A stretch of 9,625 bases of DNA from Azolla caroliniana (taxonomy: Eukaryota; Plantae; Polypodiophyta): contig JBHGNT010001347.1 in NCBI GenBank assembly GCA_043228905.1, forward strand, positions 1 through 9,625. The letters run 5' to 3'. A model generated the notes under the pieces. That model searched no databases, had not been told where the DNA came from, and worked only from the letters and a program-made list of their open reading frames with translations. Within the stretch, counting starts at the first letter, position 1. The number at the start of each line of letters is the position of its first letter. This document shows positions 1-8,641 of the stretch, piece after piece. The position numbers and the translations under genes are program-made.

Positions 1-659
1 ATCAAAGCATGAGCAATGGGAAAACGTTTTGGTGTTCAACACATATCTTTAATTCATCTTATCCCTTTACTTGAACGTAACCCATGTTTAGGTAGTCGTA
101 GATTTCCATAAGGTAATCGGGAAATTCTTGATATCGTACATAGACAAGTAGCTTTGTAAAGTGAGTATCCTAAACGAAACATAGTAAATCTCGTACTTAG
201 TTGTTGAGTCTTTGAAGTTTGGACTATGCTTTCAATACTTGCTTGGAAATGGTTCATGTACTTCCTTTAGTGATTGTGAAGTTTTTAGGAAGAAGGAAGG
301 AGATACAACCATTATGGGAATTATTGAGTAGTTCCACCATATTTTACATTTGGAAGGCTCGTTGCTCTTCCCTTTTTCATCAAGTTAGGGTGTGACCAGT
401 TGAAGTGGTGCATAACATTTGGCTAGACATTGTCCATAGTACATACTTTGAAAGGACAATGGGATTGTCTCATTGGGGATTCAGACACTAAAGGCTCAGG
501 GTCTCAAGTTTATCACTCTTTGGAAAGATACTCCACTTTTGTCCTTCAAAGATTGTAGCTCTTTTTGGCATTTTCAGCCACCAGGATGGTTGTTCCCTCC
601 ACCAATCACTTAGAGAATTACATCTCTATGTAAATTTCTTTATACTAATGAATGGATTT

Positions 660-1310
660 CTTTAAAAAAAAGTTGCATCAATTGGACTCCTTATAAGATA
701 GAACAACATTTGTTTGGTTGAAATAATAAATTCCAAGAGACATGCCTGAATATTACTAATATGGACAACATGTGAGATCAACCATGGAAACTTCCCATTT
801 GGCATTCTTTAGCAATAGATTTGCTATAGTTTTACTACTTTGTATCAAACCTTTGATGAAAAGGGTACTTAACGAGAATGAATTCATGAGTTTTGTTGAT
901 ATTGAAGGAATTTCACACCAACCAACCTCACCTTTACATTTTGGTCAAAAGTATAGAGTTGATGAAGAGAATACATATGAAATGTATAACACGACAAATG
1001 CTCACATGATCCACATATGTCAAACCTACATAAGAAAATTGATTATTGTATTATATGTTCGTTCTAAGAAAGAATTTGATATATTTGAAGGTATGCACTA
1101 CTATGATAAAGATTATGAAAAATTAGATACATACATACGAGTCAAGACAATGTATGTATCTAATTCATGCAATCCTTTAGGGAAGGAGTCATGCGCATTC
1201 ATTAATCTAGAAGACTATAAAGGAGAATGACAACATTTTATTATGCCAACGAGAAATGGTTGCAGAGAGAAAACATCACGAAATTGGTAAAGTTTTTGGT
1301 AATTGGGGGG
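660..1310 (+). pseudogene. Degenerate coding-like region of unknown family (includes the 152-aa ORF 772-1230)
   Basis: A 152-codon open frame is long for DNA this AT-rich and has globular-protein-like composition. It continues past TGA as QHFYYANEKWLQRENITKLVKF. A different upstream frame (..DQPWKLPIWHSLAIDLL*FYYFV..) suggests a frameshift near 850. No motif recognised. Confidence 0.3.
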
Positions 1311-1500
1311 TTTTGTAATTGATAAATATATTCCATGATGGATTCTATCATCTTTTGGCACAAATATGTGGGGTTTTGGATAAATGTTACATTTGTTTTA
1401 ACTATTGCAAGCTATTAAACAAAATAAATAGACATCGTCTATGAAAACAAATGTTGAGTATTTATAAAAATATCTTATGCTTGTGCAACATTTTCTTTAT

Positions 1501-1821
1501 AATGTCAATTAACAATTAACAATTAACAATTCACACTTTTCTTAGAATTAACAATTAACAATTCTTTCAAATGTCAATGGACAATAAAAAAAATCTTTCA
1601 ATTGTCAATTGACAATTAAAGATTTCTTAGAATATCAACGGACAATTAACAAATTTTTCAAGATGTCAATGGACAATTAAAGATTTCTTAGAATATCAAT
1701 GGACAATTAACAAATTTTTCAAGATGGCAATGGACAATTAAAAATTTCTTTCAATTGTTAATTGACAATTAATGATTTCCTCGAATATCAACGGACAATT
1801 AACAATTTTTTTAAGATGTCA
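1501..1821. repeat. Minisatellite, about 10 units of 30-31 bp with a palindromic TGTCAATTGACA-type core, preceded by (AATTAAC)n heptamers
   Basis: TCAA(T/C)(G/T)GACAATTAA recurs every 30-31 bp. 1611-1671 and 1672-1732 match at 59/61. A perfect 18-bp palindrome AATTGTCAATTGACAATT lies at 1600-1617. Confidence 0.95.
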
Positions 1822-3189
1822 AGAAACTACCAAGTTAAAAATTCAACATCTCAATCGGATTGACATGTGTTAAGAAAAATGTCCCATGAAATTGTTGGGT
1901 GTATGTCATATCCTAATGTTTGTTGCCAAATGGCTTTAAATTATAAGTCCACACAATATGTGGAATCCTTAATGATGACTATATGACTTTATATAGAGAA
2001 ATGGAGATTTGCAAGAAGCATAGGCATTGTTTTCTAGTTGAAAATGCATGTACATATGTCTCTCATCAAATACAACTTTCTATATGATTGAATATCGTGG
2101 TCTTTCTTTTTCAACCACTTCAATTTTAGTGATCATGTTATCTCATTATGCATTGAATACCCCGATCTTCCTTATCATTCCAAAGATAGTAGGAAAAAGT
2201 CAAGTTCAATGCTTGGTTCACTTAAAGAGTACTATATTTTCACAAGCCAATTGTATTGAGATATATTAGAACAAGAGAAAAAAAGATACAAGACTTGACT
2301 TGTTGAGGAATGGCTTACCATACGCTCATGCCTTCATCCAATGAAGTGGTTGTGGCCTTGAATCCCTTTATCCTAAACTTCTCTTTGAGCTCTAGAGAGC
2401 GAGTTGCATTATTCTCTTGATATATTAATCTCCTCCTTGAGGGTAACCTAATTTCTTGCTTGGAGCTGTTTGTTAACCTTGAGTTGCTTCATCTAGAGAC
2501 TAGAACCCATTGATTATTTTCTCCACATCACACAAATGTTTTTTAAGCTAGGCATAGCAACAAACAAAAAACAAATGTTTTTGAAGCTAGATGTAGAGGC
2601 ATACCATCAGTCTACCCAAAACAACAATAATTTCTTCATTCTCCTTCAAGCATAGTATATTGAAAAGCTAAAGGTCATGTTCATGGAGGAAGAAGGGCCA
2701 ATTAATTGGTTCCAAGTCCTCTTTGCTTACCTTTAATGATTGGAAAGTTTTGACCGAATAACACCTATGTTTCAACATCCAATCAAATGCCATAGATAAT
2801 AGCCCTTGTGCAAATCCTAGTTTTCTCATTTTTTAAAGATGTCAAGCTCAACACACACCTTGTATCACAAGATTGGGGCAAGAGGGAAAACACAAGAAAA
2901 GCGGAATTCAAGAGGGAAACGATGGAAATTTCTTTTTTATTTTAATTTTCAAACTACATAAATAGTCGATTCAAAAAATATGAACCAACTAGATTTCGAC
3001 TTTTGGGAAATTCTGGTTAGAATCAATTTCGGTTGTCCCCAACATTGGTCGGCAAGAGTCCCAACCCAACATGAATGTTGACACTATTATTGGGACTTTG
3101 CCCAACACTTATTGTATGTAATGTTTAACATTGAATTAATCCAATCCACCTATTTTTAATAACCTCAGAACTTGGAATTAATCCCTAGC

Positions 3190-3341
3190 TCCATTGATTT
3201 GAAACTATGGAATTGACTCACAAAGGCATGCTTGCTAGCATTTCCGGCCTTATTGATAGAGAAGGTCCATTGATTTGAAACTATGGAATTGAAACACAAA
3301 GGCATGCTTGCTAGCATTTCCGGCCTTATTGATAGAGAAAG
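3190..3341. repeat. 76-bp tandem duplication (2 copies)
   Basis: 3190-3265 and 3266-3341 (TCCATTGATTTGAAACTATGG...TTATTGATAGAGAA) match at 73/76. Confidence 0.97.
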
Positions 3342-3499
3342 CTCATTCTAAAGTATGGCATAACAAAATCGAGGTCAAGAATCTAGAAGAAGGTTATACA
3401 TCACAAGGACACAAGAAAAAAATTAAAACTTAAAAGGTTATTATGGCAAGAGATGACCATAAAATACCATTAACATCCCAAATGTCACAATGAAAGGTG

Positions 3500-3625
3500 T
3501 AACTAGTCCATTCCAAATCCAAAATGCCATGGATTTGTTCCAATTGAGAAGTGCACCTGAAGCCTTACAAAATGTAGTTAGGGTCATTTCAAATTTTTGG
3601 ATGTTATCCAAATCACCTTGCAAAT
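3500..3625 (-). mobile_element. Short fragment of an L1-clade LINE reverse transcriptase (region just after the YADD motif)
   Basis: LQGDLDNIQKFEMTLTTFCKASGALLNWNKSMAFWI aligns by eye with IKGDANNLGKIKSAINEFCKSLGAKINWNK*VGIWI of the plus-strand LINE (~5287-5394). The F..ASG..LN..KS pattern is typical of non-LTR RTs. Boundaries approximate. Confidence 0.8.
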
Positions 3626-3639
3626 GGCACGGTGTAGAG

Positions 3640-3885
3640 GGCGGAAAAAGATGTATGGGATAAGTTTTGTTTAACATATAATGTGATAGATTGTTGGAAT
3701 GCACCTAACTTTCAGATGCAAAAAGAAAAATCTCTTCTATACTCTAAAGTAGGAGGAAGCGTGCATGGCGATGTCCAAGCTGGACAGATGGTATTTGGAC
3801 CCTCATCTCATCGATAGGAAAGACAAATGCATTATTTGTCCTAGAATGATGTTCTCAGACCATGCACTAGTTCTATTGCATATAC
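3640..3885 (+). pseudogene. LINE ORF2 AP-endonuclease C-terminal part
   Basis: EKDVWDKFCLTYNVIDCW...SLLYS, then after a frameshift SKLDRWY...SDHALV. These match the SRLDR and SDH catalytic motifs (SDH at 3855-3863). Confidence 0.85.
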
Positions 3886-4549
3886 AAGAAAACAATCAAT
3901 GCAGGCCACATAATGTGAAGGGGAGCACAGAATTGGTTATTGACAATAAATGGACTGATGATATATTAAGAAGAATATGGTCTGATGTCAAATGGATGTA
4001 TCATGATCCCGCTCATAGGCTGGCTGGAAAAATTGTGGAATGTGCATTCTTCTTTCAGAAGAAAGCAACTGAAATTAGAAAAGAGACGAGGAGAAACTGC
4101 AGAGAATGCAATGGACACTCACTTCTGTGCAATGACTAAGAGAACAATACCCGAATAATGTATGGATTGAGGCCCGACTAAAGGAGGCAAAATGCAAACT
4201 GGATATGTATTAAGAAACTAAGGACTACCAATGCCTATCAAAGTAAAGCAACAAGTTGGATGAGGGTATGAGACCATGTTACTAAACGTTTTTTTGAAGC
4301 TGTCAAATGCAGAGGCTCCGGTCATGTTTAAAAAAGATAGATGGCACAATGACCACATGTGCGGTGGAAATGCTTGAAATGGCCACGAGCTATTATATGC
4401 AACTATTGAATGTATGCAAAGAGGGACAGATTGATCAGGATGCCTTTAGAAATATAATAAATAGGATACCGAAGAGAGTTACTGCTCAAATGATAGATCG
4501 ACTAAATACCCCTATATGTATGCAAGAATTGTGGGATGTAATTGCAGAT

Positions 4550-5490
4550 ATGAACAAACAAAGTTGCACACGCATTGATGGAGACTCCTTATATACTTTT
4601 ATATCAAACATTGGGATCTAATTAAGGATGACATGTTGGGAGGGATGCAATATATTATGATAGAAGGTTTAATGCTTACAACAATGTGTAGATGAATGAT
4701 TTATTTAATACCCAAGGATGGAAAAGATGTGACAATACTTGATAATTGGCGACCATTGACGATTCTCACCAATGCCTATAAGATAATGGCTGAAGTTGTA
4801 AGTAGTCGATTGAAAACAGTACTAGGGGACATTATACATACAACACAAATTGGCTTCCTAGAAAACCGAAGCATTGTTGACAATGTGATAACTTTATGGG
4901 AGTATTCAGCATGGGCAGAGGAGCAAGAAGTGGACCTGGCAATAAGGCTACTCAACTTCGAAAAAGCATATGACAGGATCTCATGGGAATTCCTAAAAGC
5001 AATGATGGAGGCCCTAGGGTTCGAGTAGCAATGGATCCTTGGAACAGATGCCTTCTACAGGGATGCATCCAACCAAGTTTTAATGGCTGGAAGCTTGGGC
5101 AAGAGCTTTAAGACATCACAATCGGTACACCAAGGATGCCCATTGGCCCCGTACATATTCATTATTGCAATAGAAGCTTTGCATGATCAGATTGCTGATA
5201 GATCTTGGCAAATACAAGGTCTTCCCTTGCTCGATGATGTAGGAATGTTGCTTGATACAGAATATGATGATGATACAACGACTTACATTAAGGGGGATGC
5301 AAACAACTTGGGCAAAATAAAAAGTGCAATTAATGAGTTTTGCAAGAGCTTGGGTGCTAAAATAAATTGGAATAAATAAGTGGGGATTTGGATTAGTAAT
5401 AAGCCTGTGTGAAATTGGACTCCGAACCCCAATTTCAGATGGTTGAGGAGAGGAGAAGCTACCAAATACTTGGCTTTCAAAATCGGTATG
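4550..5490 (+). pseudogene. LINE ORF2 reverse transcriptase domain (disrupted)
   Basis: Motifs in order: KQSCTRIDG (KSPGxDG), LIPK, NWRPLTIL..YKI, QIGF..RSI.DN, NFEKAYDRISW, QGCPLAP, YDDD (degenerate YADD, 5263-5274), KINWNK, KYL. In-frame stops at 4693, 5026 and 5377. Confidence 0.95.
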
Positions 5491-6339
5491 GACATTGATT
5501 GATTAGAACACTACAATCTACTCGTGGACAAAATAAAAGCGAAGCTAATATGGTGGAATGCAAGAAAACTATCCTTCACATGCAAGATTGTGATTGCAAA
5601 TCAAATTCTAATGGCCACCATATGGCATACTAGATAATCACGACCAAGTTGATGAAAGTGATAAAAAGGCTTATAAAAAATTTCTTATGGGGGGTACCGA
5701 GGAAAAACATGCTTGTGAAAATGTATATGGGCACTCAAAAGGCTAGAATATGTAGGATAAACAAGGGTAAAAGCATGCTCAAGAGAATTACAGATGCCAT
5801 TGCACGCATCATGCAAACCTTGGAAGATGAAGATATAATTACCTCCGAAATTGAATGGGCAGGACTTATAGATGTTGGAAATTATCCAATTGGAATTAAG
5901 GGAATGAAAGCAGGATCTAATGAGGCATACTACAACAAAATAGAGCATGGAATGGCAACATGTGAGCAACCAACCTATCAAACTGAAAGGCCGATTAGGT
6001 TGATTGCAAAAATAGAAAGGATATGATTGTTGACCCCAGGCCGAGTGAGATCACACCAACGACAATGTGTTGGCCGGTAGAAGCGCATTCAGATCACTTA
6101 TCATGGGACCCAACAATGTATTTCTGGAGAACTCAAGGATGAATTGAGGGTGCCAACTTGGTTCAATGTTTTAAGTACAACACGAAAATCAAGAGGCAAA
6201 TTATTCTAGAACAAGAACACAAAGATATTGCAGCACATAAATATTGGATACAGAAGGGCATTAATGAAAGGAGATTAGATCAATTCTGGAAAATGATATG
6301 GCATGACAGTGGTGATCGCAAGATAATGATGTGATTAAG

Positions 6340-6465
6340 CCTTGCCGATAGGGACATGGGGTAAACGCCCCAATGTAGACCCTAGATATAGTGCATGTGA
6401 AAACCATCTAGAAATAATTTCCCATTGTCTATGGGAATGTCGCAAGGCAACGAATGTATGGGGAA
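6340..6465 (+). pseudogene. LINE ORF2 C-terminal CCHC zinc finger (zf-RVT-like)
   Basis: LPIG.W...RYSACENHLEIISHCLWEC..ATNVW fits CX2CX8HX4C (6387-6440), with the first Cys position reading Tyr. Confidence 0.85.
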
Positions 6466-6952
6466 GGGCATTGCGATTGCTATGCCATGCCTCTAGCTCA
6501 TTTACCCTCAAATGGGGACATGCTTGTTGGAACTGTCTTGATGATGATGTGGAAAAATTTGATAGCACATGCAAAGAAATGTATAGAGGGAAGAATGGAA
6601 CTATTTGATTGATCATTGATAACAAGACACGTATAGTTAGTGCACAGAAGAAGTAAATTGGAGATCTATGGATGTTGCTTGTACCCATTATCATATGTGC
6701 ATATGGACGACAAGATGTACCCTGAGGGTATTTTCAGCTAACAAACGACCTCTAGTTGAATCTATTAAGCTAATATGGCACACATTAATAACTACATTGA
6801 GGGCACAATATGAGTGGATTGATGGAATAGATGATGTTTTAGAACGAATGAGGCTGAATTTCAGAAATTGTTGGTGTACTACATCGATGGCTGCAAAAAC
6901 TGGAATGGATATATGATGGCAGTAAGATGTGAATAGATGGGAATCCTGTAAT

Positions 6953-6998
6953 CATGTATTCCTTAGGTTGATGAAAGTACAACCATGTATTCCTTAGG
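6953..6998. repeat. 15-bp perfect direct repeat CATGTATTCCTTAGG at the junction of two LINE remnants
   Basis: Copies at 6953-6967 and 6984-6998. Confidence 0.9.
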
Positions 6999-7535
6999 AA
7001 TTCTCAGAAAAACAACTGAAATAAGGGTCAAACGGTACCTTGAGTTCATAATTTTGACGAGATTGAAGCCCGGTTTCCAAGACAAAAAACAAGCAGCTGC
7101 ATTCTGAATGTTGATCATATTCGCATTCAATATGACATGTATGGGCTCAATCATATCCAATTCTAGGTGATAGAAAGCATGTCTCATACATTAGATGTCA
7201 ATTATTTTACCTATGTGATGCTGAATAACTTCATCAATGAGGTCACGTAAATCTCCTCTCTTCAACTGTAACCCTATTACCCCACACACAATTGAGTAGG
7301 TGTGTAGACAACTTACCTCTTTCTACAACAAAGCTCCTTCATTAGGCGTGAAAACCATCGTAATAGGAAACCGTTGAGGAGCTGTCAGGGTCACTACATC
7401 CAAGTTCTTGTGGCGTGTAGCGTTGGGCATCTTGTAAAACGTCTTCTTCTACTTTCCCGTCTTCTATTTGCTTTGTTCGCTCACTCCCTCGGGTCCATCT
7501 ATTTTCTTTTATTCTTTCACATTAATTTTTTTCAT
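6968..7535 (-). pseudogene. LINE ORF1 remnant with DUF4283-like domain (separate from the plus-strand LINE, 3'-truncated)
   Basis: Reading ORF 6963-7187 upstream through isolated stops gives KEVSCLHTYSIVCGVIGLQLKRGDLRDLIDEVIQHHIGKIIDI*CMRHAFYHLELD...AACFLSWKPGFN...ISVVFLRIPKEYM. This fits the plant L1 ORF1 pattern (g.gff...; W.PgF; V.f..lP.ey). Confidence 0.75.
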
Positions 7536-7859
7536 CTATGTGATTGTGATAGTTAATTTCTATATTAATTTTTCTATGTACACATAGTAAACCCTAATTT
7601 TTCTATGATGGCATCCGGTAAGGTTACAAAAGGGGTGCCTCATCCGACTACCCGATTACAGAACGGTGCGGATCCGGATTGGTACAACTATCCGGATCCC
7701 TCATTTCCTTAATCTAAATTACCTATAATATTCTATTATCCGTTGGCTTTATCCCTTTTCGGTTCACACCTCCGCCTCTAGATCATACTCTTTCTTAGGC
7801 CAACACATGGCACACCCGGGGGACATTGCATTGCGCGTCGAACCCACAAGTCAACTCCC

Positions 7860-8198
7860 TTACTCCTCGTCGAGTATGTCCAGGATCTGTTGGTCCAATG
7901 GTTCCATCCGCTCTTCTTTAGTCCCCGTCTGTTGCTTAATCTCCGGCTCTAACTGCTTCACTTGGGACTCTGGCTGCTTCGCTTGTGTCTCTGGCTCTGT
8001 CTCTGTCTCTGTCTGCTCCATCCTCTGCGTCTCTAGTTCTGGATTTGACTGTTACTGTTTCGAGGTCCCCGGGTCTACTTGTTGGTCTTCATCACTAATA
8101 TCTATCTATTCAGCTCTCTACTCCACTTCTTTCCACCTTCGCTCCCACTCATATGCTTCCAAGTCCAGTGTGGCTTGTAGTTGATCATCTTCAAATTG
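7860..8198 (-). pseudogene. Glu/Gln-rich low-complexity reading frame cut by the copia insertion; possibly an N-terminal extension of the LINE ORF1
   Basis: 113 codons with 3 internal stops: QFEDDQLQATLDLEAYEWERRWKEVE*RAE*IDISDEDQQ...EQTETETEPETQAKQPESQVKQLEPEIKQ...LDQQILDILDEE*. Same strand and frame register as the DUF4283-like segment. Confidence 0.5.
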
Positions 8199-8200
8199 TT

Positions 8201-8641
8201 TGTTAAGAATTAGGTAATTAAGCAAGGGTTAGTTAGTACCTAATATGTGATTAAGTTAAGCGAAAGATTAAGTGATATGTGTGTGTATGTGTGTAAGAGG
8301 AAGAGAGAGAGGAGGATACACTTATGAACAACAACAAGATGGGGGATGAGTAACTATATTAAAAAGCATCATCAAAATCCAAAAATACCCACAATGAGGT
8401 ATATATACAACTCATGTGCAATGGTGCACATGTTTGAGTAGAATATAGGTACAAGGATGTAAGTCCTATATTCAATATACTTGGTAGTGGAGGATCTTCA
8501 ATGTATGTCCACTTACATACAAAGTACAAAATCCTATTTAAGGGTTTATAGTCAACACTCCTAACTAGATTCTATCTAGGTAACTACAAAGTTACATGGT
8601 TGACTAAATAACTAAACTAAGATGAGCTTGATCTCTCAACA
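8201..8641 (-). repeat. 3' LTR (about 441 bp)
   Basis: Begins TGTTGAGA directly after the PPT and ends TCTTAACA (7/8 terminal inverted repeat). The flanking E/Q-rich frame starts immediately beyond 8201. Candidate 5-bp TSD TTGTT at 8196-8200; the partner LTR is outside the window. Confidence 0.85.
8400..8407 (-). promoter_or_regulatory. Candidate LTR TATA box (TATATATA)
   Basis: Mid-LTR position, followed on the minus strand by T-rich and then CT/CA-rich R/U5-like sequence. Confidence 0.5.

Larger units (their letters stand above)
3626..6945 (+). mobile_element. Degenerate 5'-truncated L1-clade (plant L1/Tx1-like) LINE, ORF2 only
   Basis: Collinear APE endonuclease C-terminus, linker, RT and CCHC finger, broken by many stops and frameshifts. 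No ORF1, poly(A) tail or TSD is visible. Ends approximate. Confidence 0.93.

Noticed and set aside
1501-1821. CRISPR array
   Set aside because: Inter-core segments are only ~13 bp, are AT-rich and are themselves repeated. There are no unique spacers or cas genes, and the context is eukaryotic TEs.
3500-3625. Twin-priming 5' inversion of the plus-strand LINE
   Set aside because: The inverted piece corresponds to an RT region the plus element still has, and it is too diverged to come from the same RNA.
7265-7317. GTAAGT...TTACAG intron on the minus strand
   Set aside because: The DUF4283-like frame reads straight through it without splicing.
2048-7556. Small ORFs 2048-2269(+), 5283-5495(-), 5685-5981(-), 6335-6694(-) and 7374-7556(+) as genes
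   Set aside because: They are short and motif-less, and all but the first are antisense to LINE coding remnants.
7589-7597. AAACCCTAA telo-box or telomere seed
   Set aside because: It is a single short copy inside a TE remnant, with no adjacent gene or site II motifs.
7670-7699. Perfect 10-bp stem GGATCCGGAT/ATCCGGATCC as a CRESS-virus origin or Helitron 3' hairpin
   Set aside because: The loop TGGTACAACT is not a NANTATTAC nonamer, no Rep is visible and there is no properly placed CTRR|T end. The arms consist of the self-palindromic ATCCGGAT word, so a short direct repeat in coding-like sequence produces the stem automatically.
7807-8184. 125-aa Ser/Cys/Val-rich plus-strand ORF
   Set aside because: It is the antisense read of the GA-rich E/Q/T frame on the minus strand.
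1-8200. Stop-codon recoding or readthrough, since stops appear to revert to Gln or Arg
   Set aside because: All stop codons begin with T, so any stop is one C-to-T change from CAA, CAG or CGA and the pattern is not diagnostic. Frameshifts also occur, indicating ordinary pseudogenisation.
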